A stretch of DNA of 64,000 nucleotides, from NCBI GenBank assembly GCA_964016885.1, contig OZ024754.1:31248001-31312000 (forward strand), read 5' to 3'. The translations under genes and the position numbers were made by a program. Below, piece after piece: positions 27,398 to 41,762 of this stretch (positions are counted from its first letter, which is position 1; the number at the start of each line of letters is the position of its first letter). The stretch comes from Eledone cirrhosa. Its lineage: Eukaryota. The notes below the pieces were generated by a model. The model worked only from the letters and a program-made list of their open reading frames with translations. It was not told the DNA's origin and made no database searches.

Positions 27398-27992
27398 CCC
27401 AGTCCGCACTGTAAAGTGGTCAAGTAGGTGTCACAACAAAGAGCACCCAGTCAACACTATAAAGTGGTCATGTCGGTGTCACAACAAAAATCACCCAGTC
27501 CACACTGTAAAGTGGACAAGTAGGTGTCACAACAAAGAGCACCCAGTCCAAACTATAAAGTGGTCATGTAGGTGTCACGACAAAAATCACCCAGTCCACA
27601 CTGTAAAGTGGTCAAGTAGGTGTCACAACAAAGAGCACCCAGTCCACAGTGTAAAGTGGTCATGTCGGTGTCACAACAAAGAGCACCCAGTCCAAACTAT
27701 AAAGTGGTCATGTAGGTGTCACGACAAAAATCACCCAGTCCACACTGTAAAGTGGTCAAGTAGGTGTCACAACAAAGAGCACCCAGACCACAGTGTAAAG
27801 TGGTCATGTCGGTGTCACAACAAAGAGCACCCAGTCCACACTATAAAGTGGTCATGTAGGTGTCACGACAAAAATCACCCAGTCCACACTGTAAAGAGGT
27901 CATGTAGATGTCACAACAAAAAGCACCCAATACTCCCTGTAAAGTGGTAATGTAGGTGCCATGACAAAAAGTAGTCAGTATTCACTGTAAAT
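27398..27992 (+). repeat. 48-bp minisatellite (~12 units) derived from the RTE/SINE A 3' UTR unit
   Basis: Unit CACTGTAAAGTGGTCAAGTAGGTGTCACAACAAAGAGCACCCAGTCCA; runs into an RTE-type 3' end that finishes at 28152. Confidence 0.9.
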
Positions 27993-28971
27993 GAGGTTGG
28001 CACTAGGATGGGCATCCAGCTGTAGAAACCAGGCCAAAATCAGTTCTGTATGAGCAAGCCATGGTCACCTGACCAGGCATTGCTCACAACAGGATAACTC
28101 ATCTAACCCATGTCAGTGTGGAAAAGGGACATTAAATGGTGATGATGATGATATGTATTTTCAATTAATTTGTTAATTACTCCCCTACGGTAGAGTAAAA
28201 CATTTGGTTGAATTGGACTGTTTTTTCTAGCAGCCCGTTACTTGCCATTGTCCACCTACCACTACCCTTCTGTTGACCGTAAATCACATGATAATTCTGT
28301 TGGGCGTAAATCACATGATAATTCTTTCAATTCAAAATTATTACTGGTAGCGAATAAATCGGAAGAGGTTTTCATAATTGAGGAGCCCTGATGAGCTGAG
28401 ATTTCTCACAGTTCTTACGGGATTTGAACTCAAAATGTAAAGAGGAGGCAGGAACAAATACCACAAAGCATTCTATCAGATGCTCTAACGATTCTGCTAA
28501 CTCCCTGTCCTTATATTATATAGAACATTAATGAAATGACAATGAAGGCGATGATGATGATGGTAATGGTGATGATGATGATGGTAATGACCACAATGAT
28601 GGTTATTAAGATAATATATACTACCAGTGTTTCCTGGCATTGCTCATATACTCCATTATATGGACAGGCTTTTTTCTTTTTCTTCTTCTTATTATTATTG
28701 TTATTGTTGTTATTATTATCATTATTGTGTTATGTGGAGTTTAGTTTGTAAAGTTATTTTGGCCAGAGTTAGATTAAAGAACATAATGTACAGCAGCAAC
28801 AGCAGCAGTAACAACAACAACAGCAGTAACAACAACTACAGCAGTAACAACAACAACAGCAGTAACAACAACTACAATAACATCAACAACATCAACAACA
28901 ACTGTATGCTGATACAGTAGTAATGGCAGCAGTAACATGGACACAATGTGAAGAAGAAGAAGAAGAAGAAG

Positions 28972-29002
<31 letters not shown>

Positions 29003-30102
29003 GTTTCAATTTATACAACTCTTGCAATTTTGGCAGTTTTATGCCAAACACTTTACTTTAAACCTTAGCCTTCTCTTAAGAGCATCAGCCTCTTAAAATG
29101 CATTTAACCTGCACTTGCAATAGTTACATTTGCAATATGTGCACTTGCTTACTATCCACAGTTTACCACAATAACTGAAAATGCTCTTATAATTTCCTTG
29201 CCAAAATATGAACTTCTCCTATTATTGTAAAGTAGATTGTTTGGTAAATTGCTACCCCCATTCTTCACCTCCTTTAACTATTTCAAACTTGAATTATTTC
29301 CGATTGTTTTCTAAAAGATGGCTAAAACCAATTTTTCTGTTTCGAACAAGGTAGATAACTCTGTATGCTGTGTGGTTCATTTGCAGAACTTATAACAATA
29401 AGCAGGTCTTTCTTATTTCACAATAGCAACTTACTGTGATCAAAAAAGAGATGAGCATCTGCAAGAATAAGCCCCCTGAGTTGGACTGGCTTTTTCAGTA
29501 CATTTCCCTGACTATCTTAGGTCCTCAAACCCCCTCCTAACATTCTGTGATCAAGAAGAAGATGGCCACACAAGTTAGACTGACTTTTTCAACACATCTC
29601 CCTTACTATCCCCTGAGATGACACACTTGTAATAATAATTTTGTCTGCTGAGACCATGAGGCAACATCCATTTGATGTCTTGCACATCAGAGAGACAGAA
29701 TGGATAAATGGAAAAAGTGTGACATAAAAGAAATATGATATATCACTAGCTGGCCCCATGTTGTCAAAAATTGTGGCTAATTGTAATATCTATACATAAT
29801 ATAAAAAAGAGATGTTTGTTTGTTGGTTGGTTCCTTCGCGCTCACTCATAAGTGATACAAACACACAGACACACAGCCAATGTGTGTAGTCAAATCGCTA
29901 CACAAGTGTGGCGAATTTTAGAATGCTGGACTTTTATAGTTACTCCCCAGCCCCTCCACAGTCATCACATAGATGTGTGTGTATGTAATAATTATTTTTT
30001 CTAAGTGTGTCTGTTTATATATATGTATATATATGAAATGTGTAGATGCGTATGTGTAATTCTTTTGTCAATGTATCTTTCTAAATAAACACACAAACAC
30101 AT

Positions 30103-30445
30103 GGAGGCAGATGGCTTAGTGGTTAGAGCATTGGGCTTGCAATCGAAAGGTTGTGAGTTCAATTCTCAGACCGGGAGATGTGTTGTTTCCTTGAGCAAGA
30201 CACTTTATTTCACATTGCTCCAGTTTACTCAGCTGTAGAAATAAGATGATAGGACTGGGGTCCTTATCATTCCACTGCAAAGTGGTCGTGGAGGTGCCAC
30301 GGCAAAAAAGCACCCAGCACTCACTGTAAATGAGGTTGGTGTTAGGAAGGGCACACAGCTGTAGAAATGAAGCCAGAATCAGTTCCCGTCTCACCCTTGC
30401 AAGCAGGGAAAAGCGGACGTAAAATGATGATGATGATGATGATGA
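30103..30445 (+). mobile_element. SINE family A
   Basis: Sequence match to 18672-19018. Confidence 0.9.
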
Positions 30446-30802
30446 AACGCATATACACTCACACAAATATTATATTTAAATATAATTTACACAAACACTC
30501 ACATAACCATAGCAGCCAATGTGTGCAGCCAATTTGCTATACATATACACTCACAGATGCTGCTTTCTATAGTTTGTCATCACCCCTTCCTTTTTCTGTC
30601 ATCTCTAGTGCGTGACAGACAAATATACATTGACTTTTATTATTTAGTGGATAATTAATAGAATTAATGTGAGATTCTGAACAATTATTTCATTACATTA
30701 AAGAGATCTTGCCTCACTCCCTCTGAGTAAAGCATGAACATCGCAACACCATGGTGATTTTAGTATCAGAAAAAACATTTCATTAACTGCTTCTATCAAC
30801 AG

Positions 30803-30925
30803 ATTATTATGTTTCGTTCTCTTCTGTCAGGTAGCACTGGATCTGGGCCTCTCTTTAGTATCCTCAGAGAAGAGTCAACTAAAAAACTTCTTAAACAAGA
30901 TGAAAAATTATCAGCAGAACTAAAG
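30803..30925 (+). CDS. Possible coding exon (IIMFRSLLSGSTGSGPLFSILREESTKKLLKQDEKLSAELK)
   Basis: Acceptor CAACAG at 30802 (alternative at 30830), donor AAG/GTTTGG, ends in phase 0. Confidence 0.4.
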
Positions 30926-30989
30926 GTTTGGTCTTCATTTTTATCACTTTCTTATTCTCTGGAGTCATTTTTTCTGTACCTTTTTCCTT

Positions 30990-31065
<76 letters not shown>

Positions 31066-31109
31066 AAGTTAAATAAAAGTCAAATGATTAAAATTTAGCT
31101 TCGCTTATT

Positions 31110-31164
31110 ACTGCTATATATATTTCAGTGACAGCCATCTTTGGCTGTGACCTCTTCAGGCAGT
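31110..31164 (-). ncRNA. Minimal type I hammerhead ribozyme motif
   Basis: The - strand reads ACTGC-CTGAAGA-GGT-C-ACAGCCA-aaga-TGGCTGT-C-ACT-GAAA-TATATA-TA-GCAGT: canonical core and a perfect stem I. Confidence 0.8.
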
Positions 31165-31422
31165 TTGAATTAGTATGGTATAGACAAGTACATATGTTGT
31201 TGCGGTGTATAATATTGTCAATACTCTGATATGCCCAGTTGTTTGTTGGGTTGTTATTTCAAAATCTATATATATATATATATATATTAAAATAACAGAT
31301 TAAATATAGTTTCCATTTATTAATATCATTGATATTATACTCCAGAAAACTTGTCGAGTGCTTTGAATGAGTTATAAATATATATATTTATTGAATTACC
31401 AACAAATTAAATATCCCTTTTG

Positions 31423-31459
<37 letters not shown>

Positions 31460-31569
31460 TTATTAAAATATTATTTTAATAAATATTTGCTCTACGGTTC
31501 TTATATATTTGATATATATTTATCCTTATCGAGCCCTCTTTGGATTTTAGTCTTCAAATTTATTATTAT

Positions 31570-31623
<54 letters not shown>

Positions 31624-32534
31624 CAAATGTGAGGTGAGCTTGATTCCCAGGGATTTACACCTAGAAAGTTCTCTTCTGAGGCACAAGTCTGGGCAAGGTT
31701 GTTTGTGGAAGTCACCCATGCATACCAGTCTTCCCTCTCCATGCCACCGATGTTGTCCAAGAGAAAGACAATGGCCAATACAGCTTGGCACCAGTGATGT
31801 AACAACTCATTTCTACAGCTGAGAGAACTGGAGCAACGTGAAATAAAGTGTTTTGCTTGAGGACAAAACACATCACCTAGAATAGAAATTGGACTCCCAA
31901 CCTTCCAATTGCAAGTCCAAAGCTCTAGCCAGTAACACTTTAACATTTACATTACTCTACATTACTATTATATTTTCACAGTAAAGGCTTTATCTCACAT
32001 AAGTATCTCACATAATATCGAATCAATGAGATTTTGATATTATTTATTTTGAGAACAATACATTAACATCATATGAGTGGTTGGTTATAGCTGGTATGAA
32101 CAGAAAGAGGTGAGAAAATTCTGGCTGGATACAGCCGGTTTAAATGCTAAAAGGTTAAGCCATGCACCTTCATAGATAAATATGAACACTCTAAAATATG
32201 TAGTTTTGTATTATCAAACCAGAAGCAGTTTCAGGTGGTTTGTTATTAAGAGGGTTAAAATATTCAGCCTCATTGATTTTATTACCATTTGTCTTATAGT
32301 AGATGGAATAATTAACTATTAGTAATAAATTGCTAAATTTGATTCCCACAACTAATATTCCTTCCTAGAAATGCAAGAAACCAAAGTATTCAGAAGAATC
32401 CTATTATATATTCCAATACTGTGATTAACAGTTCTTCAGTTCTGCAGACTTGCTACATCATATTCCAAGTAATTATTCTTCTTCTGTTTAACAAAAGAAC
32501 CATGTTTGTCTTATTGATTTTGCTTTGTTTGCAG

Positions 32535-32612
32535 AACACATACGATGCTTATGTGCACCAATGTAGCTCTGTTAACCGGAAACCAGTTCAAAGAGTGTTC
32601 TGTGATGAGGAT
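32535..32612 (+). CDS. Probable 78-nt coding exon (NTYDAYVHQCSSVNRKPVQRVFCDED)
   Basis: Acceptor TTTGTTTGCAG, donor GTAAGT, phase 0-0; compatible with the 60799 exon. Confidence 0.55.
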
Positions 32613-33596
32613 GTAAGTATCCATTGTTCTACAGAAATGTCTATTATTACATCTCTACACAAAGTCCTTTGACCGTATGCAATTGGTATTTTTATTTACA
32701 CCGTTGATTCAAACCAATGCAGTACACACTGCTTAGGAATCTAAGTTTTCTTTGGATGTTGCTTTGATTGCATTCAAAATTGAAATAAATGCAAATATAT
32801 TACAGTAATGGACATAATTTGACCACCATCAACATTGTCTCCTACTTGGGGCCATTAACATTGTATTTCATTCAACTAATGGAACTGCAATCAAAATTCC
32901 AATCAAAGATTATTACTAACAGAACAATTGTCTGATAGTAAACCTGCCAACATCTTAAACCTCTTGCTACATCACTATTTGTCTATCTATGTCAGTTATT
33001 GTTACTGTTGTAGTCCTTGCTGTTATTGCTGTTGTTATTGTTGTTGTTGTTGTTGTTGCTGTTGTTGTTATTGTTACTGTTGTTGTTGTTATTGCGGCTG
33101 TTGTTGTTATTGCTGTTGCTGCTGTTACTGTTGCTGCTGCTGTTGTTGTTGTTGTTGTTGCTGTTGTTGTTGCTGTTGCTGATGTTATTAATGTTGTTGT
33201 TATTGCTGTTGCTGTTGTTGTTGCTGTTGTTGCTGTTATTGCTGTTATTGCTGTTGCTGCTGTTGTTGCTATTGCTGTTGTTGCTGCTGTTGTTGCTATT
33301 GCTGTTGTTGCTGCTGTTGTTGTTATTGCTGTTTGTCATCATCTTTTTTTCTCCTCCTTCATCTCCTCCTCCACCATCTCCTCCACCATCTCCTCCTCCT
33401 TCTTTAGCCCTAGGTCACAACTGATTCAAACAATCACTAAAAAGTAAACATCAATCAGCATTTGTTAAACCCAAGGGCAGAGAGCAGAGAAAGTCGGAAA
33501 GTCAGTACAATTTCTAGTCACTTTACAGTTTAATGTCATCAATTTAGCCATCAACTCTGTTAATAAATACTATATACGCATTTATTTCTAATATTT

Positions 33597-33997
33597 GAGG
33601 GCTGGAGAGAAATGAAGCAGCCATGCTTCGTTGGATGTACAATGTAAATGTGAGAGAAATGTAAAGCTTGGATGAACTGAGGGAAAAACTGGGTTTAAGC
33701 GGAATCCAAAGTGGTGTAGCAGGAGATAGGACGGCATTGGTATACACATGTGATACGCATGGATGATGATTGCTGGATGAAGATGTGCCAGAAAATCCCA
33801 GTGGAAGGAAGCTGCAGTAGAGGCAGACCAAGGAAGACCTGGGTGGAGGTGGTGAGAGCTGATTTCAAATTGGCTGAGATTCACAGAGTAGATGGCTAAG
33901 GAAGAGCGGAAAGTGGAGAGATGCTGTGTTGAGAAGTATCCGTCCAACCCATTCACTCATGGAAATAAAACAGCCATAAAAATGATGATGATGATGG

Positions 33998-34062
<65 letters not shown>
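33597..34062 (+). mobile_element. Degenerate RTE 3' fragment
   Basis: Nucleotide similarity to 12470-12850; (GAT)n tail. Confidence 0.75.
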
Positions 34063-34063
<1 letters not shown>

Positions 34064-34530
34064 GGGGTGGGGAGGAGGAGGGGGTGAAGAGGAGGAGGGG
34101 GGAGAGGAGGAGGGGGGAGAGGAGGATTTTAGAATAACATTGTTACAAGGAATTCATTAAAAGTGATACCTCAAACCATTGACTGAAACCAATAACATAA
34201 TAAGATAATTCAAATTCATTGTATATATCATTAATACTATTTAAAATGATTATTTTCTGTCGCTACCTCCTTATATTTGTACAGCACTGAAGAATTGAAC
34301 TAAGCAACTAATAAATCACTACCATTTACTGCATGCATTAGAATATCATTTCTAAGAATTCTAAGTATGATGATGGTATTCAGTCTCACAACGGACCATT
34401 GATATCTGATAGAAACACTCACTCAGTTCATATACTAGTCATATAATGTGTGTATGTGTGTACAGCCCTATTTTATTCATATATATATCATCATCATCAT
34501 CATCATCATTTAAGCTGACATTAAACAATG

Positions 34531-34587
<57 letters not shown>

Positions 34588-34801
34588 TATAATCATTTAA
34601 TGTCTATTTTCCACGCTAGCATGGGTTAGCCGAGTTGATTTTAGCTTGGTTTCTATGGCTGGATGCCCTTCCTAACGCCAACCACATTTACAGTGTGTAC
34701 TGGTGCTTTTTGTCATGATATCTACACAACCACTTTACAGCATGTATATATATATACGATATTAAACAAATGGAAACTATATTTATAAAACCATATTTAT
34801 T

Positions 34802-34859
34802 TCATTATACATATTTCAGGGATACCATATTAAAAATATGGCATGCCTTCTTCAGATAA
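34802..34859 (-). ncRNA. Minimal type I hammerhead ribozyme motif
   Basis: The - strand reads TTAT-CTGAAGA-AGG-C-ATGCCATATT..AATATGGTAT-C-CCT-GAAA-TATGTA-TA-ATGA. Confidence 0.7.
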
Positions 34860-34880
34860 AATACAATATATAAGCAGTTT

Positions 34881-35019
<139 letters not shown>

Positions 35020-36097
35020 ACAAGCAAAAAACTATACAATTGAATAAAACATTTTTTTTTTTTTAACTTCCATTAAATTTTCAACCACAAAAAATCCTTT
35101 TTTCAAAAATGTTATGATGTTCAGAAAATTAACAATGTTTGTCAAAGCTGGAAGGCCAATTTGAAAACTTCTAATATTTCATATTAACAACAGAGTAGCT
35201 TATCAAACTTCTTTGCCAATCAAAGAAATTACCATTCTTTGGCAATTCTGCGAACTGGCCGTTAGATGAATAATTTTGTTATTAAATTTTTTTATTCTAA
35301 TATGTTAAGACTACATGATTGAATAAAAACAAATATTTCAGCTTCCATCCTCTGGCTTCATGTAATATGTATTTAAAATGTGGTGTGAGCTATCTAGAAG
35401 CATTATATTAATGAAACATTTAGAGAACAGGAGGCTTAAAATGGTAAGTTTGACAAGCTACTGCTACTAACATTGAAATTTTAGAAGTTTTCCCAATTGG
35501 CCTTCAAGCCACTTCTGTGACAGTTGATTTTCTAAACATCATTCAATTTTAGAAAAGAACATTTTTGTGGTCAAAAATGTTAATGAAGAAAAAAGGGGTA
35601 AAAAATAATGAAAGTATGTTTTAAAGACATTGTCCTTAACTTCCTATTGTGTTAGTATTTCATTGATATAATACTCCAGATAGCACACTACATATAAAAG
35701 AAATACATGTGTGTGTTTTTGTGTTTGTGTGCATCTGTGTGTGTGTGTGTTTGTGTGTGTGTCTGTTTGTGCATGTGTGCATCAGTGTGTGTTTGTGTGT
35801 ATGTGTGTGTGTTTGTGCATGTGTGCATCTGTGTGAGTGTGTATGTGTGTGTGTGTTAGTGCATGTATGTGTCTGTCTGTGTGCATGTGTGTGTCTGTGC
35901 ATGTGTGTCTGCGTGTGTCTGCGTGTGCATGTACATGTGTGTGTATGTGTGTGTGTATGTGCATGTGTGTATGTACATGTGTAAATATAATAAATGATAT
36001 GCAGTGATAGTCTCATGTGTTCAACAGTTGCCATGGAGCCTTCAGTCATCTAATAAAGTAGAAACCCACCAAAACTCTCATCAGCCTGGGTAGATCA

Positions 36098-36700
36098 GTG
36101 GACTAACAGAATCGGTAGAGCATCGGGCAACATGCTTAGAGGCATAGAGTTATGGTTCTTTACATTCTGAGTTCAAATCCCACAGATGTTAAGCTTTGCC
36201 TTTCATCCTTACAGGGTCGATAAAATAAAGTACCAGTAATGTACTGGGGTCGATTTAATCGACTTTCCCCTCCCACAAAAATTTGCTGGCCTTGTGCCTA
36301 TAATAGAAACAACTATTATTATTAAATTGGCAGTATTGGTAGAGAGTCGGACACCATGCTTTGAAGCATAGAGTTACGTCCCTTTATGATCTGAGTTCAA
36401 ATCCCACCGAGGTTAACTTTGCCTTTCATCCTTACGGGGTTGATAAAATAAAGTACCAGTAATGCACTGGGGTAATTGCTGGCCTTGTGCCAAAAGTAGA
36501 AACAATTATTATTAATAGGGTGTTGGATTGGCAGAATCAGTAGAGTGTCAGACAACATGCTTAGAGGTATAGAGTTACGATTCTTTACATTCTGAGTTTA
36601 GTTTTGTCTTTCATCCTTACAAGTTTGATAAAATAAAGTACCAGTAATGGACTGGGGTTGATTTAATCAACTTTCTCCCTCCCTGAAAAATTGTTAGCCT
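36098..36700 (+). mobile_element. Three SINE family B copies in head-to-tail tandem
   Basis: Units at ~36098-36322, 36326-36515 and 36517-36700. Confidence 0.8.
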
Positions 36701-37249
36701 CAGCCTGTGTGTGTGTGAATTAAACCCAGACCTACCCATGCTAGCGTTGAAAATGGACGTTAATCAATGATGATGATGACCTTTTACTTTCACAATGAGT
36801 GTGTTACAGATTATATTAACTTACCCAGCCAAGTCGGGGTAAATGGCTGGCACACTTAGCACAAAAATACAAAGTCTAGGTTCAACGCTCTCACATGCTG
36901 ACTCCCATATTGTTTCTCATTCTGGTGTTTTATACCATCTGTTGTTATTAAATGGTCTTATGTAGTGGTAGTGGAAAATATCGAGAAAGTTACTAGTTCA
37001 ATATGATTTTCAAATAACAATAATGACAATAATAATAAAGATAATGATAATAATAATGAGGGGGGGGGGGTAAGAAGAAGAAGAAGAAAAAGAAGAAGAA
37101 GAAGAAGAAGAAGAAGAAGAAGAAGGATTACAACAGCAAAAACAACAACAACAATGAGAGCAACAACACTGACAACAACAGCAATGACAACAACAACAAC
37201 ACTGACAATGACAACAACACTGACTACAACAACAACAACAGCAACAATG

Positions 37250-37285
<36 letters not shown>

Positions 37286-37882
37286 GCAACAACAGCAACA
37301 ACAGCAACACTGACAACAACAATGACAACAACGATGACAACAACAACAACACAACAACAATGACAACAACAACAACATAATAACAATGACATAACAACAG
37401 CAACAACAACAACAACAACACTGACAACACAATGACAACAACAACAACACTGACAACAACAACAACACTGACAACACAATGACAACAACAACAACAACAA
37501 CATAATGACAACAACAGCAACAACAACAACACTGACAACAACAACAACAACAACAACAACAGCAACAACAACAACACTGACAACACAATGACAACAACAA
37601 CAACAACAGCAACAACAACAATGACAACAGCAACAACAACAATGGTGACAACAACAATAAAACCAGCAAACAATAAAGGTTTATCTATTGAGCCAGTTAG
37701 CTGTAAATTGTTATCTGATTTCTGCAATTTTTAGTTTGGAGACGTAAAAGCTGTAACGGAAACATTTGTGGAACTGGAATGGAAGAAGTCGAGTAACGCT
37801 TGCTTGACTCTGGAATATATAAATCTCTCTCTCTCTCTCACTATCTATCTCTGTCTCTCTCTCTCTCACTCTCTCTTTCTCT

Positions 37883-37943
<61 letters not shown>

Positions 37944-38101
37944 TCTCTGTCTCTCTCTCTCTCACTCTCTCTTTCTCTCTCTCTATCTATCTATCTATTT
38001 ATCTATCCCTCTCTCTCTCTCTCTAAATATATATATATATATTTCTCTCGCTCTCTCTCTGTATCTTTCTCTCTCTCTCACTCTCTCTTTCACTCTATCT
38101 C

Positions 38102-38134
<33 letters not shown>

Positions 38135-38225
38135 TTATCTATCCCTCTCTCTCTCTATATATATATATATTTCTCTCGCGCTATCTCCCTCTATCTATCT
38201 ATCTATCAATCTCTCTCTCTCTCTA

Positions 38226-38264
<39 letters not shown>

Positions 38265-38417
38265 ATCTATCTATCTATCTATCTCTCTCTCTCTCTCTCG
38301 CTATCTATCTATCAATCTCTCTCTCTCTTTCTTTCTTTCTCTCTCTCTCTCTCTCTCTCTCTATATCTCACTCTCTCTTTCTATCTATCTATCTATCTAT
38401 CTATCTCCCGCTCTCTC

Positions 38418-38452
<35 letters not shown>

Positions 38453-38683
38453 GGATAAAATAATATTTCTCCTTGAAAGTGCTTTTCATGAAGTAATGAA
38501 GGAGGGATGAAGGAGGGAAGATGTCGGGAGGATGAAGGAGAAGAAGGTATTCATGTGAAATAAATATAAATGTTCCTTCAACCACACTGAAAATGAAAAC
38601 CTGATTTTGTTTTTACTTTTGTTCTTAACTAATAAATAGAAAAATTTGCATAACAATATCAATAATCACTTGTTTTTTCTTGT

Positions 38684-38714
<31 letters not shown>

Positions 38715-38725
38715 ATGTATGTATG

Positions 38726-38760
<35 letters not shown>

Positions 38761-38767
38761 ATGTATG

Positions 38768-38826
<59 letters not shown>

Positions 38827-38833
38827 ATGTATG

Positions 38834-38890
<57 letters not shown>

Positions 38891-38947
38891 GTGTATGTAT
38901 GTATATATGTATGTATATATGTATATATATATATATATATATGTATG

Positions 38948-38984
<37 letters not shown>

Positions 38985-39043
38985 ATGTATGTATATATAT
39001 ATATATATGTATGTATATATATATATATGTGTGTGTGTATGTA

Positions 39044-39086
<43 letters not shown>

Positions 39087-39141
39087 GTGTATGTATGTAT
39101 ATATGTATGTATATATGTATATATATATATATATATGTATG

Positions 39142-39252
<111 letters not shown>

Positions 39253-39263
39253 ATGTATATATG

Positions 39264-39326
<63 letters not shown>

Positions 39327-39363
39327 TCAGTTGGATGGCTGGAACAGGTAAAAGAGTAATATG

Positions 39364-39457
<94 letters not shown>

Positions 39458-39509
39458 ACATGTACATGTGTGTGTATATATATATATATAGAGAGAGAGA
39501 GAGATAGAT

Positions 39510-39541
<32 letters not shown>

Positions 39542-39571
39542 CAGGAGCTCAGCCGTTGGGGTCCTGATTCT

Positions 39572-39608
<37 letters not shown>

Positions 39609-39832
39609 TGTGGGTGTGTGGGTGTGTGTAAGGGTGTGTGTATATGTGTATATTTAATAGTTTTCTATAAACGAAGTTTTCCAAATATGTGGACATTTAT
39701 TCCCAAAAGCTGTAAACTGAGCCTCATAACATCACCTGAATTAAAAGTTGAGAGATGCTCAGTCTCTTGTAAAACATATATTGTTCTTTGAAGCATAACT
39801 CACACCTCGTCATAGATATCATCACAATACTA

Positions 39833-39936
<104 letters not shown>

Positions 39937-40101
39937 TGTATATGTCTAGTTTTGTGATGATATCTATGTATATATATATATATATATATACATTCATATG
40001 TGCATACATATATATACATATACATATTTACATACATTCATATATACATACATATATTCATATATACATACATATATACATACATATATATATATACATA
40101 C

Positions 40102-40139
<38 letters not shown>

Positions 40140-40174
40140 ACATACATATATACATACATATATACATTCATATA

Positions 40175-40242
<68 letters not shown>

Positions 40243-40277
40243 TACATACATATATATATATACATCTATCTATCTAT

Positions 40278-40460
40278 CTAAGGCGGGTAAAATTCCCGAG
40301 ATCCATGGACGAGTTCTCTCCAGCGGTCTCTGTCCCTCATTATCGCTGCCATGTCCTGCGTCTCCAACAGACCAGTGTCTGTCCTTAGGGCATCAACATA
40401 CGTTAACTTTGGTCTTCCTCTTCTAGTGTGTCCATGTAGGGGCTCCCAAAGGAGTACATT
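40278..40460 (-). mobile_element. RTE-like LINE C-terminal fragment
   Basis: [23 protein letters not shown]....M.DR..WR; ends in (ATAG)n. Confidence 0.75.
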
Positions 40461-40473
40461 CATATATACATAT

Positions 40474-40541
<68 letters not shown>

Positions 40542-40705
40542 CGTTTCTGAATTTGTTTAGCAAGATTCTTTATCTGGAATCGTGTGTTGAAACCGATATT
40601 GTTATACTTTGGGATATTGTTATAAATTTATAAATATATAATAAATTGAAGTGAAAGCAACTGGTGCGTGTGTTTCTTATTGGCAACATGACCCTCCCAA
40701 AGTAT

Positions 40706-40804
<99 letters not shown>

Positions 40805-40880
40805 CATATATACATACATATATATATATATACATACATATATATATATATACATACATATATATATATATATATACATA

Positions 40881-41093
40881 CATGTCAGAAAAATACAGGA
40901 GAAGGAGGACATCTACGGACCATTGATGAGGAGTTTACAAATCCAGTATCCAAGATACAACTTTAGCTTCATACCCATCATTATTGGAGTTACGGGTTAT
41001 ATACCGCTTGGACCAAAGTATGACTGAACTTGGATTTGCGGACAAAAAGCGCAGCTCCCTAATTCATAGTCTACAAATGGCTGCGATAGCTGG
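40881..41093 (+). mobile_element. R4/Dong-like (RLE endonuclease) LINE 3' fragment
   Basis: Frame [33 protein letters not shown]. The overlapping copy at 42595-42880 ends LQMAAIAGTFKICKTFLRFKG*. Confidence 0.6.
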
Positions 41094-41095
41094 AG

Positions 41096-41378
41096 CATTA
41101 GTCTGCGACCTCTTTTATACCATAAACGTGGTTCTGTCTTTGCGCGTAATTGTTTTTCACCGCTCCTATTAATGACGTATTATTCGTTTTTTCCCGTTCT
41201 TTGCCAGCGAACGTTTCCACGAACCAAAGTATCGTCTTCCTGTCTTCCTCCGGTTGCAACGTTTTTTGAAATATCCACTTCTGCGTTTACAGATTGACTT
41301 TGTTAGTTTCAGAAGATCCCGTTAAGGGTGAAAGCAGCGATTCTTTGCTTAAACTTTAATCTGTTATTTTAATAAATA
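41096..41378 (+). mobile_element. Solo, 5'-truncated pseudo-LTR of the same PLE family
   Basis: Near-identical to 47340-47623 and ends in (TA)n. Confidence 0.9.
41305..41355 (+). ncRNA. Variant type I hammerhead ribozyme motif in the PLE pseudo-LTR (also at 47549-47599 and 50793-50842)
   Basis: AGTTT-CAGAAGA-T-CCC-gttaa-GGG-T-GAAA-GCA-loop-TGC-TT-AAACT. Stems I, II and III all pair; the core has U4->A. Confidence 0.6.
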
Positions 41379-41387
41379 TATATATAA

Positions 41388-41457
<70 letters not shown>

Positions 41458-41703
41458 CGAAGGACCGTGACTAGTGGAGAGATGCTGTGCTGAATAAGAC
41501 CCGTCCCACCCTTGCAAGCAGGGAAAAGCGGACGTAAAATGATGATGATGATGATGATGATGATGATATATAGATATATGTACATATATACATATATATA
41601 TATATACATGCATATATATATTTATACACGCATATATTTACATATACACATATATATATATATATACATATATTTACACATACACATATATATATACATA
41701 TAT

Positions 41704-41762
<59 letters not shown>

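Noticed and set aside
27398-27992. CRISPR-like array or Cys/His repeat protein (27312-27950)
   Set aside because: No unique spacers, no cas genes, eukaryotic context; the unit derives from a retroelement UTR.
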